DNA from: the human T2T-CHM13v2.0 reference genome, Homo sapiens
DNA length: 64,000 nucleotides
Assembly (NCBI RefSeq): GCF_009914755.1
Contig: NC_060930.1
Strand: one strand, 5' to 3'
A program made the translations under genes and the position numbers. Under the pieces are notes generated by a model. That model worked only from the letters and a program-made list of their open reading frames with translations, did not search any database and had not been told where the DNA came from. This document shows positions 1-14,688 of the stretch, one piece after another. Every line of letters begins with the position of its first letter. The stretch's first letter is position 1.

Positions 1-395
1 TCATTATACACTAATTATAATGCATTAGCATGCTAAAAGACAGTCCCACCAGTGCCATGACACTTTGCAAATTGCCATGGCATGGTCTGGAAGCTTCCCT
101 ATATGGTCTAAAAGGGGGAGCAACCCTCAGCTCCAGGAACTCCCCACCCCTTTCCCAGAAAACTGATGAATAATCCACCTCTTGTTTAGCATATAATCAA
201 GAAAAAAAGCCATAAGTTTACTCAGTCAAGCAGCCCATGCTGCTGCTCTGCCTATGGAGTAGCCATTCTTTTGTTTCTTTACTTTCTTAATAAACTTGCT
301 TTCACCTTACTCTATGGACTCACCCCGAATTCTTTCTTGTGCAAGATTCAAGAAACCTGTCTTGGGGTCTGGATCTGGACCCTTTTCCAGTAACA
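1..395 (+). mobile_element. MER41-family ERV1 LTR (3' part, truncated by window edge)
   Basis: MER41-type segments TTTCCCAGAAAACT.ATGAATAATCCACC.CTTGTTTAGCATATAATCAAGAA, AATAAACTTGCTTTCAC, and terminus GGACCCTTTTCCAGTAACA. Confidence 0.8.
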
Positions 396-1160
396 GCTGG
401 ATGAGGGCGACAGTTCTTGAGCCTGTGACCAGTCATAACATCACAAAAAAGGAGACACTCCTTCCCATGCTGGCTAGCTTTGGTGTTCCTTGGCTTACAG
501 ATGCATCACCCCTAGCTATACCATAATCTCCACATGACATTCTCATTAAAGTCCTTCTGGTGTATTCTTGCTGAAATGGCCAAACCTGAATCTGGCCATG
601 GGATTAGGTCTACCACCCAGTTTACGGGAAACACAAGAGGACAGAGAAGCATGTTACAAATGGGATCATATGGAAGAAATCAGCAAAATCCAGAAGAAAC
701 TGGACAATGTCCTGGATTCTTCAACAACTACATTGCAAGTAGATAAAAAGAGAAAGAAGGAAACTATTATGGGTTTAATTGAGTCTTCCCAAAGTCTGTA
801 TATTGAAGTCCTAACCTCCCTTAATTCAGAATGTGACATTATTTGGAGATAGGGTCTTTGCAGAGGTAATAAAGTTGAAATGAGGTCACTAGGGTGGGCC
901 CTAACCCAATATGACTGGGGTCCCTATAAGAAAAGTTTGGAGTCAGTTACAGATGAGGAGAATGCCATGTGGAGATTATGGTATAGCTAGGGGTGATGCA
1001 TCTGTAAGCCAAGGAACACCAAAGATTGCCAGCATGGAACGGAGTGTCCCTCCCAGCCCTGAGAAGGAGCCAACTCCACCAGCCCCTTGTTACAGACTTC
1101 CGGCCTCCAGAACTGTGAGATAATCCATTGCTGCCATTTAAACCACCTGGTTTATGGTAC

Positions 1161-1463
1161 TTTTTTTTTTTTCTTTTGTTCTTGAGACAGGGTCTCACTC
1201 TGTCACCCAGGCTGGATCAGTGGGGTGATCTCGGCTCACTGCAACCTCCACCTCCTGGGTTCAAGTGATTCTTGTGCCTCAGCCTCCCGAGTAGCTGGGA
1301 TTACAGGTGCACGCCACCACACCCGGCTCATTTTTTTGTATTTTAGTAGAGACAGGGTTTCGTATGTGGGTCAGGTTGGTCTCGAACTCCTGGCCTCAGG
1401 TGATCTGCCCACCTTGGCCTCCCAAAGTGCTGGGATTACAGGTGTGAGCTGCCGCGCCCTGCC
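1161..1463 (-). mobile_element. Alu (S-like)
   Basis: Poly-T then reverse Alu dimer; TSD-like TTTATGGTACTTT / TTTGTGCTACTTT. Confidence 0.93.
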
Positions 1464-1492
1464 AGATTTGTGCTACTTTGTTACAGCAACCC

Positions 1493-2167
1493 TGAAACCG
1501 CCTTTGCAAAATTATGACTGAGACAGTGAAAGAGCTCTAACTTAACCAACTCCATCTTGCTTCTAACCTCCAAGCTGTCCTTGTTCATTCCTGGGTGTAG
1601 GCTGAATTAACTTTGAGAGAAACTTAGTTTATAGTTTAAACAAAGACTTTAACAGCTCTTTGCCAAAGCAGTCCTCCTTCTTGCCTGGGGACTAGATTGC
1701 CTTTGTAGGACTAACATTAGCCACAAGATTAGAAATTATGGTTTAGGAGTCACGCAGCTGGAGGCTACAAGATCCTGACAGTCCCTAAACTGCTCCTAAA
1801 ATCAGTGCTTGAGATATTTGGCAGACCCTGCACTTGATGGATCAGCTGGCACAGCTGGCACCGCCCAGATGGATAAACTGGCTCACCTGATCTTGTGGCC
1901 CCCACCCAGGAACGGACTCAGTGCAAGAGGACAGCTTTGAGTCCCTATGGTTCCATCCCTGACCAATCAGCACACTTGGCTCACTGGCTCCCCTGTCATC
2001 CACCAAGTTATCCTTAAAAACTCTGCTCCACACTGATTTGAGTATTTATAAAACTCTGGTCTCCCGCCCAGCTGGCTCTGCGTGAATTACTCTTTGTCTA
2101 TGGTAATTCCCCTGTCTTGATGAATCAGCCCTGTCTAGGCAGCAGGCAACCCGCTTGGGCGGTTACA
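1493..2167 (+). mobile_element. LTR8 solo LTR (ERV1)
   Basis: Starts TGAAACCGCCTTTGCAAAATTATGACTGAGACAGTGAAAGAG, ends GGCGGTTACA; 4-bp TSD ACCC at 1489-1492 and 2168-2171. Confidence 0.85.
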
Positions 2168-2199
2168 ACCCCAGTGAACTAAAATAGAAACCTATGGAA

Positions 2200-2510
2200 T
2201 TAAAAGAGACTCAAGACATATTAACAAAAAGTGCTGTGTGACCCTAGTTTGGATCCTGAGCTGAACAAATAATTGTATTAATATATTCTATTGGGTATTT
2301 GATGATATTAAGAAAGTGCAGAGTTGTTTAGGCATGGTAATGCCATTTTAGATATGTTAGAAAAAGAGTCCTCATCATTTAGAGATAAGTATTGAAGTAC
2401 ATATGGATAAAATGATAAGATGTCTGGGATTTGCAGCAAAATAAGCCATCAGGGACAAGAGCAATAAATTAACATTGGCCAATTGATAATGATTCTTGAA
2501 GCTGGGTGAC
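2200..2510 (+). mobile_element. Old L1M (L1MC/ME-like) 3' fragment
   Basis: GGGTATTTGATGATATTAAG...GATAAGATGTCTGGGATTTGC resembles old L1 3'UTR. Confidence 0.5.
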
Positions 2511-2698
2511 CGGAACAGGCAGTGATGGACTGGGAAAAAGGCTGGGGAGTGGCGAGTTCACTTTTGAACCGTTTGCCAACTTCTGTGGGTTCCCACCATG
2601 GCTAATTTCAAGCTAGCCATGACTTAACAGGCATCTTGCAACATTCCTGAATATTTAACACTTAGGTCTCAGGAGCTGGTGGTAAGAGCTGGTTCTAA

Positions 2699-4425
<1,727 letters not shown>

Positions 4426-4439
4426 GAGGACACAGTCTC

Positions 4440-4580
4440 AGCTGAGTCCCAATTCTGCAACCTACTTGCTATGTGACCTTAGGTAAGTCATTTAACTTCT
4501 CTAAGCCTTGTTTCTCAGTGGTAAAATGAGAAAAATACTACTTCATAAGGTTGTTGTGAGGATTAATTAAAGTAACATAA
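4440..4580 (+). mobile_element. MIR
   Basis: MIR core TGTGACCTTAGGTAAGTCATTTAACTTCTCTAAGCCT..GTAAAATGAG..GTTGTTGTGAGGATTAA. Confidence 0.8.
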
Positions 4581-5719
4581 TGGCTTTTAAAAATGTCAAA
4601 TATTGTTAACATGGTAATTACAGTTGTTGATTATCAGACCGAAGACTAAAAGGAAATGAAATTAAGAACTGACAGTAGACAGCTATTAGAATGTTCTATA
4701 ATCCTGTGAAGGCCAAAAAAATCATTACTAAGTCGTTAGCAAGAACTTTGAAAAGGGATCTTCCAACCACCTTGGGAAATCACTAAGAGAGGCATTGGCA
4801 GTGCGGCAAGGACATTCAAGGGACTATGAGTCCTTTGACAGTGGCAGCAGGAATGCTGTCCACTAAGGAGCCTTGAATAAATGGAGTGTGAAAGAGAGAA
4901 ACATGGGGGAAACCTGAGCTGAAAAGTGTCATCCCACATCACGAGGCTGGGTGGGAAAGAGAGGGGTTTGGTGAATCCTTTTTGCAATGCAACTGACAAT
5001 AATTCCAGTGCACATGTGTGAACTCGGGTTAGAGTAAGGAGTGGGCAGCCCCGGTGAGTAGAGATGTCAAACAGAAGCTGCAGGTGAATGGAACATGGGC
5101 CTTGAGGCATCCATTCTGCCATGGACATTGACTGACTGACACCTCTGGGAAAAGTTTGGAGCTGACGTTTCTCCTGTCTGGGCCCCCAATCCTAAGAAAT
5201 GCTATATATATATATATATATTTTTTTTTTTCTGTAAGTAAAAGACACAATTACCAGATCTTCAAAGTGGATACTGGATGGACACTTCCCTGGGAGGAGG
5301 CGAACAAGAGCCTGAGACTTTGCTTCTCCCTCACGTTCACCTTTCCTGCATTGCTGCAGTCCTTAAGGGAGCTGTCTGGAGGGCCCTAGCTGCTGCATTC
5401 ATGCTTACCTCAAGGGGTGTCATTTGCCTTATAATACTCTAGGCCAAGGTGGGGTCGATGGGGTGAATGAATCAGTCCTCAGCTTTCAGCCACACTGTAA
5501 ACCCTCCCCTCATTTTAACAGGTGGTTCCTAAAGAAGAAAAAGCCTCCAGGACAAATAAAAACAAAACCAAAAATCCCTAGACATAATGGCAGAGGTGCA
5601 GGTGATGCACCATGAAGTTTTAGGGTCAAGATCTTGTCACTACCGTCTTAAATTACAACTGTGTGTAATGCTGACTAAAGGCCACCCAGAGGGTGTGGAT
5701 GCCTTAGCAAATGAGGTTC

Positions 5720-6050
5720 CACTCATTCGTTCATTCATTCGATAAAAGGATACTGAACACTTCCTCTGACACAGACACTAGAGATGCTGAGATAAATAGA
5801 ACATGGCTCCAAGCTCTGAAGATGACAGCAGAGTGTTTAAATGTGTGGGTTCTAGGACCAGGATGCTGTGTGACCTTGGTCATGTCACTTGATGTCTCTG
5901 TGCATGAGTTTTTGTATTGATGACATGAAGAATTTAATAGACTTTCCTTCCCAGGGAGATGTGGTAAGGAAAAATGAGCAAATACATGAAAATCACTTCG
6001 ATTGGTGTCAGGTACCTGACATACATGCTTATGCTATTATTATTTATATT
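5720..6050. mobile_element. L2 3' end (minus) followed by MIR (plus)
   Basis: CATTCGTTCATTCATTC L2 tail; TGTGTGACCTTGGTCATGTCACTT MIR core. Confidence 0.6.
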
Positions 6051-6626
6051 ATTACTTATGCACCAGCAGCAATTCTTTCAGATTTCTGGATATCAGAGTA
6101 AATATATAAATAAATAAAACCTCCATCCCAGGCAAGTAGTTAAAAAAATAAAAAATCCACACACTGTCCCATTGCAGTGCCTGGAATGTGTCCCCTGAAA
6201 TGATTTCAGAACCTGCTGCCTCTGTAGCTAGAAGGTGATTTGATACCAGATTGCGTATTTTCCATTCAAATAGCTCACTTTCCCCACCAGCACTCTCCCC
6301 CAGCCCACTCTGCTTCCACTGACACACAGAAGCAGTGCTGCTGGATCAATTTCTCTCTCAGTTCAGCCAGCACAGCCAGCACAGCACATCTTGGCTTGGC
6401 CTTCAGCTCAGTACAGAACATGTGTGTCTCCTCATTCATTCGGAGCCCATATCCTTGTCTTGGTTTCCTGACAATGAGACCGAGCAACTCATCTCATCTT
6501 ATCTTCTGCACACAATACCCATGATTCCTGTGCATCCCTGTTCCTAAAATCCTTGAAGCTCCTGCCTGGGAGGATTTCCACTGAGAAGAGGAGAAATCAT
6601 CCCCTACCATCATGTAGTGGTCCAAG

Positions 6627-7063
<437 letters not shown>

Positions 7064-7283
7064 TGAACAAAGAGAATCTCATGAACTGGGTTTGCTGAGG
7101 AAGCGGCTCTGAGTTGGGAGCCCTTGGATTTCACCAGATGAATGAGACAAAGGAGGTGGGAAGGGGTCGTCCTGTCCAAATGGAAATTGTTAACACTCTC
7201 CCCTGCAGCACCTGCTCCTCCCTTTGTGTTCTTTGATATAATAGACAATTTTATTTGTTTTAACCACCTCTTCTTCACCCCAT

Positions 7284-7752
7284 TGCTGAAGGAGAGATTC
7301 CCGCCCTAGGATTACAGGGGTGGCCAAACACGCACACTGGGCAGATGAGACCCGCAGCAGTGTGTTAGTTCCATACACTCACAGCATGGACGAGGAGGAC
7401 ACTGTGTGCCACACAGGGCCACAGGGAGGTTGCGCTCCAAGCAGAGTGAACAACCAGAGGCTATGGACGAAGGCAGGCTTTGTAGCAGCAAGAAGATGGA
7501 GTGTCCCTGGTTCCCCCGGGAGGATGTGACTGGCTTGTTTGAATAACTCCATGGACTGGCAGGGAACTGAAGCCCACTACTCACAGATAAGCAGAAATGC
7601 ATCTGTTCCCCTTGAAAAGGAAGGCTGTTTGGCTTGGGGATCTTACCCTCAGGAGAACAATGAGGGGATTTTGCAGTCAGGCCATTTAAGGCCCTCTCAA
7701 TTTAACCAGATGTCAAGGCAGCACATTTGTGAATTTTAAGCCCTATACCACA
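7284..7752 (-). mobile_element. ERVL solo LTR of the MER54/MER74/LTR53 group (subfamily unresolved)
   Basis: Reverse complement starts TGTGGTATAGG..TGCTGCCTTGACATCTGG and contains TTCAGTTCCCTGCCAG..TTATTCAAACAAGCCAGTCACATCCTCC; ends ..CAGCA. Confidence 0.55.
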
Positions 7753-7759
7753 TCATCAT

Positions 7760-8640
7760 CCACTTGGTCGCACAAACCAGAGTGTGGGTCTAACACTTGA
7801 CCCCTTCCTCTTTCTCATCGCCCACAGCCAATCAACCACTACATTCTATTGTTTGTGTCTTTTTAGTATATGCAATCCATCCACTTCTTGCTGTCTCCAT
7901 AGTTCCAGTCACTTTCATTTCTCATGTGATTTTTGCAAATTAACCTTCAGCTCTTTCTGAGGATCTACAGCTGCTGGCCCCTACAGGCTTCTTCCTCCCC
8001 AGAGCACCCAGCTTGGCAAGCACAGCACGCGCTGTTCCCACCTTACTCACCATCTGGGTCAGGCGCTATTGTGCAGTGCACACCTTGCATACCTGTGTGG
8101 CAGCCTTTGGTTTTATCTCTAATCCTGTTTCCCCTCTATAGCTAGAGAGCTTTGGGAGAAGGAAATATGACTGTACCATTGCCTATTTGCTTCAGGACAA
8201 ATCTAAACTCACTGCTTTTGGTGTGAAAGGCCTCTTCCTTCTGCTTCACCTCTCTCCCTTTCTCCTCTTGCACATTTTGCCTGCATTGGCCACAGTAAAC
8301 TGGTCCCAGTTTCTAAATAGTCACTGTCTACCTCTGAACCTTTTCATGTTCTGGTCCTTTTGCTGGGCTACTTTTTTTCCCCACACAAACTCACTCTCCC
8401 AGTCTCAGGGGAGCCCTCACTTCTCCCATAAGCTTCCTTGGCCCTGGCTGAGCTTGGTTTGGGCACCTCCAATGCACGCTTGAGCTTAATCTTGTCATAC
8501 ACTTCCTATGTGTTAGTATTTGCTCCTCTCTCTACTGATCCTATAAGACTCTGAAAGTCAGGACCTGTATCTTTTCACCACCACACTGCCAACATCAGGC
8601 ACGGTGCATGGCACAAAGGAAACATACAGTAAATCTGTCA
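7760..8640 (+). mobile_element. L2 fragments
   Basis: Pyrimidine-rich degenerate L2 with 3' end GGCACGGTGCATGGCACAAAGGAAACATACAGTAAAT. Confidence 0.55.
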
Positions 8641-8727
8641 ACCAAAAGAGGGCCATTCCGCTCAGAGGAAAAGTGTTGGTTGTTATCAGTGATTGAAGGC
8701 TTACTATGGGCCAGCTTTAGTTCCAAA

Positions 8728-8838
8728 GAGAGAGAGAGAGAAAGAGAGAGAGAAAATGATTTCAAATATATATATATGTATATATATACGTGTATATATA
8801 TGTATATATATACGTATATATATATACGTATATATATG
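8728..8838. repeat. (GA)n plus (TA)n/TATACG microsatellite
   Basis: Seen directly. Confidence 0.9.
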
Positions 8839-9856
8839 AAAATAATGTCCCAAGTGGGTTTGAATGGGAGATAGGGGTTTTCACTTTTCTCACCTGATTT
8901 CAGATCACCAGCCTCTCAGTGTAAGCACGTTGCTTCTTTGAGGGCAATTTTAGTGTTTGGAGATATGCATTTTTCATATGAAATGCCAGCCAACTGCTCT
9001 TAGCCAAAGAAAGAGTGATCTGTCCCAGTGCTGGCTGGAAGAATGGGCCCGGTGGCAAGTTTTGGAGAGATCACAGATTGGTCTCCAATAGGGTGCCTGC
9101 CTACATGATTTTTCAAGGGTAACTTTGAGTCACTGCTTTCATTAAATGTGCTGACTTTAGACCTCTCCACTGCCTCAGACATGATCCCATAGCAGTGGGC
9201 TCTGGCTTTGCCATTTTGAGTTTGGCTATTTTCAAGACAATTTATCAGGTAAACTCCAATTCTAAGTCCTTTTGGTTTGAGACACTTCCTTGCCTGAAGT
9301 GTATGACTCATTCTCTCTTTGCTGGTGACTATTTTATCAGTGATGGCGAGGAATAAGGGAACTAGAAATACTGAGTTATAAATTTAGAGCTAAAAGTAAC
9401 TTAAGGATTAAGAGATCCAAATCCCCCATTTTGCAATGAGAGAACTGAAGCCCATGGAAATGTACAAATGTGTGAAAACCACAGGATGGATAAAAAGAAA
9501 TCCAGGTCTATTCCTTTATTCAGTGATTTTTGAAAGGAGTTTCAGATCAGGAAAAGCCCAGTGGATGCAGATATCTTTGTGTTTGCTTTTCAGCTGGTCA
9601 TGAATAATGCTGCTCACTTATTGTCTGCATTAAATACCAGCCTTGGAATCAGGGCTTTGATAGAATGATTAAATGTGTACCTTAATGAGTTTCGAATTAA
9701 AGTTTGTGAATAACTAACTGAATGAACCATCTTGCTTCTGGGGTAACGATGAGATGGAAATCCTCCTTAAGGTAGATTTGGTGTCACAGGATTACAGATT
9801 CCAGAAGTTTCTAGTGGAGATCTTGGGATTCACATCTCAATGGGCTTCAGAACTTT

Positions 9857-10170
<314 letters not shown>

Positions 10171-11129
10171 TAATTGTGAGGTTTTGAAGCACAGCCCCAA
10201 AAAAGAAACTGTTACTTGAAGCCTATGTTTTAGGAAACACAAATGTAATATTGATGCTCACAGCCACTGAAGAAGTAATTCCACGCAGGTCTCCCAAGCG
10301 ATTTATTGGACAGGTCTAGAGGTTTGCAAAATGGATTTTATTCCATTTATATTTTGGTTCTTAATCCTCCTTTATGCCAAATACTTCACATTTCAATTTG
10401 GTATTTCAGAATCTATTTAAATAAATCACTAGAGCTTAATGGAAAATCAAAATCAAATTAAATAAATGGGCTAACTATTCAGCTGCTAAGTTTTACTTCA
10501 GCCATTACAAAGTTAGGAAAAACCACGGAGCAATTTATAACTAACCCGACTGCTCAGGGAGAGACCTCTATATCAGCTGTCCCCTCCTGAGCATACTTAA
10601 CCCATCTCAAATGACACATGGAGAAAACATCTGTTCTTTGACAAATACCTACACAAGAACAATTTAAATTGCAAACCCAAATCAATATCAAACACACATC
10701 CTGCTGCATTTTAAGTAGAAATAGGGGAGATAGCAATGTAGAATTCATTGCAAATCATAAAAGTTTATTTACCAAGCTTAATGCTCAGAAGGGAATTAAA
10801 CTCCTTAAAACTGAGAGAGTGTTATATAATGCTGAGAATTAAGGGAGAAGTAGCAAGTCTGAGTTAAGAAACCATGTTTTCCTGAACCCATCTTAACCTT
10901 CAGGGTCTCCAAGGTTCACAAGCATCTCTAGAACTCTCTGTTTACTCTCCCACTTTCTTCTTTATTAGCAATGCTGCTATTCCATCTTTAGGACCACTGC
11001 CAGACCAAAACTTCCTGAAAAGGTAATTTCCCTTCATCTCTTAAAGCTTTCTTGTCCTTGTTTTCCCAATCCATCTTCCTTTTCTTCTCTTTCTTTACTT
11101 CAATGTGCTGAAGGCACTTTTAGCTGGTG

Positions 11130-11593
11130 GTATATTAGGCAAATTTTGTTGCAGTAACAACCCCAAATTTTAATGATTTATGAAAATGAATCATTTCTCA
11201 GTCCTGGGACTGTAGGTCAGCTGCGCCTCAGCTGTGTCTCACCTAAACTTTTTGGCTTCCTCTAGACTTGATGGGGTTTGGTTGTAAGCTTCAGGTCAGA
11301 TTCAAGTCTGCTTTGTGTGTTTTTCATTCTGAGACCCAGGCTGAAGAAGCAGTGGCCGCCTGGGGCATCCTTTTCTTATGGAGAGTAGCAGGAGTGCCAG
11401 ACAGGAAGTGAAAAGACATAATGCCTCTGAGTCTCTCTTTGTGCTGGCATGCCACCATTGTGCCACACCCCATTCTTCAGTCAACGCACATCCTATGGCC
11501 CAGCCCAAGGTCAAGGGATGGGGAGATGTACTCCATTCAGGAGGGTGGACCAGGAACATGAAGACTGACTAAAGAATAATATAATCTACAATA
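11130..11593 (-). mobile_element. Old MaLR MLT1 LTR
   Basis: TATATTAGG..TTGCAGTAACAACCCCAAAT.. and ATGGCCCAGCCCAAGGTCAAGGGATGGGG motifs. Confidence 0.6.
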
Positions 11594-11884
11594 GATGGGA
11601 GAAGGTGGAGTACAGTGATCCCTCAATCACTCATATAAAGAAACATAAAATAGTTCTCCAACATTTATTATGCTAGGGATGCTCTGCCCTTATTTCAGCA
11701 CTCAAGGTTGCCTCAACTTCTCTGGAAAGAGAAGGTGGACAGAAATATAACTGGTCAATAGTCATCATAGTAATGCTTGGAATTTATTGTGCAACTGCCA
11801 CGTGCACAGTTACTTTACATATATTCATGTAATGAGTACCCATATTGGACTGCAACAAATGTAACTTTCTATGACTAAACTTAA

Positions 11885-12240
<356 letters not shown>

Positions 12241-13022
12241 AGAAATCTAATCTTTTTCCCCGCAAGGGTGGAGGTGGTGGGGCGGGGCGTGGCGTGGTTA
12301 TCACCTGTCGGTGCCGGCGTGGTCCTGTGCGTCCTCTCTCCTGCCTGGCCTCCAGTCATCCATGTGTGTAGTACTACCGCTGCCCCCACCTCATCCTGAT
12401 GAGGCCCTGTGGATCTGGCTCTCTTCGTCACTCCTTTGCCCTTCTGGGGAGCAGGGACAATATCTGGCTGTGTTGGCCCAGTCCCTTTCTGCCTTGCTAT
12501 GCCACCTAGCAATTTCTGCTCTATTGCTTCCCACCATGCTGGGCTCAAGGGACTTTGAGGTCTTATGGTCTTCGAAGGTTTCACACATGTTCTTGGGTCT
12601 TTAAAGCTATTGGGGTTCCTATCAGTCATCCTTTTCTCAGTTGGCTTGGCCCAAGATGGGGTGGAGAGGAGCAGGAGGCAGCGCTTTTTCTGGAACCATA
12701 TTGCAATGATTAACTCTCTTGATTCTTATCAGTCTCTTCTCTCAATCCGTGGAACTGTTTCTGGGTTCAACTGGGGTGATTTGGCTTTATGGAGTGTTCC
12801 CAAATGTGTGGTTTATGAGATAATTTTATGTCCTGATACCTTCATATTTATCGCAGGTGAGAAAGTTCATTTTGAGGCAGATGAAGTCACTCTCCAACCT
12901 TGACTTAGTGAAGAAGTGGAAAAAGGAGAATTTGTAGGATTCAAAAGCTGAAACTTTCTCCTCTAGGCTAAACTGGCTCTACAAAAAAAGCAAGTTTTAA
13001 GCAGAAAAGGGCAAAATAGGGA

Positions 13023-13370
13023 TAGTTTTAGTTCGAGCTGCTATAACAGAAATACTAGAGACTGGGTGGCTTATAAATGACATCGTTGCTCACAGTTCTG
13101 GAGGCTGGGAAGTCCAAGATCAAGGTGCTGGCAAATTCAGTACCCGGTGAGGACCTTCTTCCAGGTTTATAGATGGCATCCTCTCACTATGTCCTCACAT
13201 GGTAGAAGCAGCAAGAGTGTGCTCTCTGGCCTCTTTTAGAAGGGTATTGATCTCATTCATGAGGGCTTCCCCTTCATGACCTAATCGCTTCCCAAAGGCC
13301 CCACCTCCTAATACATATTGATACGTGAATTTGGTGGCAAGGGGAGAGACACAAACTTTCAGTCCCTAAC
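13023..13370 (-). mobile_element. MaLR LTR (MLT1A/MST-like)
   Basis: GCTGCTATAACAGAAATAC..GACTGGGTGGCTTATAAA..CACAGTTCTGGAGGCTGGGAAGTCCAAGATCAAGGTG. Confidence 0.85.
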
Positions 13371-14400
13371 AGGGATCTTCTGGCATCTCAACCCTAGTAG
13401 GAAGATTGCAGTAACTTGTGTGGGACCAAATCGAGAATTTCTAACAGGATCTTCTGTTGGGTGTTGGGGAGATGGCCTCAGTTTGGGGGGCAAAGTGGAG
13501 ATTGAGCATATTCAGCTCTTGTTTTTAAGACTACAGAACACATTCCAGATAGAGAGAGTTTGAGACAAAATCCACACCCCCCCCGCTCCCAAAACTGGAT
13601 CCACAGAGGTCCAACACAGTGGTGAGAGGCTACGCTGAACTCACTGACTGTGCAGCCTTGGAGTTTGGGAAACAGACTTAGGTTTCTGTGTGCCTAGAAA
13701 GCATGTATAAACAGTACGATCCCTCTCAGTTTCTGAAAAGATCTGATACATGTCAAACACCCATTCCATCATCTCTGGTCCTGCCTTAAGTAGTGCTTCT
13801 TCAATTTCAAGAGATGTTACTCCATAGCCGAGCATTGACTGGGTAATAAACTTTTGTGACTTGTAATAAAAGGTGTGTTCACACACACACATATGCAGGC
13901 GCACACACACGTTGTCTACATAAATGATTGACTTGGGCAAGGCATCTCATTCTCTTTATTTTCTGTTGGAACCACATAATTTTCTTTTCTCTCACTCTTG
14001 GTTTCTCTCTCATGTGTCATGCATTGTGGTGTTATAACTAAGTACTATTCTTGCTATTATCACCAAGGAATAGGGAATAGAAAATCAGGCTTTTTTTTTT
14101 TTTTGGTATAACTGTTCTCCTTTTTTCAGCCTCAATGCATTTTGAAAGAAGTTGGAAGTTAGAACACTTTCTGAAGTATGACTGTTTGCTTGTTACTTAG
14201 CTTGTCTGATCCTTGTAAAATAGGAATAATGGGAATATTGACTGGGGAGAAAAAGGGGAGATGCAAATCTGCACACGTGACATCATCCTATTTATGTTAA
14301 AATATATACATAGAGACTTACTAGCATAAAATATGCCAAGATATTCATGGTGGTTATCTCTGGGCTGTGAGATGATGGACAAATCTGAATTTCTTCCTTA

Positions 14401-14688
14401 TATCACCCAGTTTGATTGCTCTTTTCACTAAATTTGTTCCCAAATGACTTTTTCTGTTTCCAAAATCATATTCATTCCCAAAGGACAAAGAGTTGCTGCC
14501 TTTAATAATATATTTTTTTAAATGGCTTTGAAGGAAATCATAAAAAGATTTTCAGCACAGTTTTGACCACTGGCAATTCTTTGGAATAAATGAATAAGGT
14601 GGCTGATTTGAAGGAACAAGATTCACTTTGACGTATAATTTCTGGAATATTGCAAAATCAGTTGTGGTGCTTTGATAGCTATGCCCAT
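14401..14688 (+). mobile_element. MARNA (mariner DNA transposon) remnant
   Basis: AATGACTTTTTCTGTTTCCAAAATC..CAAAGGACAAAGAGTTGC..TTGGAATAAATG..TTTGAAGGAACAAGATTCACTTTG resembles the decayed mariner transposase C-terminus. Confidence 0.65.

Larger units (their letters stand above)
765..2186 (+). mobile_element. MaLR MLT1(B/C-like) LTR interrupted by an Alu and an LTR8
   Basis: TTTGGAGATAGGGTCTTTGCAGAGGTAAT...GGGTGGGCCCTAACCCAATATGACTGG...CCTCCAGAACTGTGAGA; resumes at 1466-1492 and after 2171. Confidence 0.75.
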
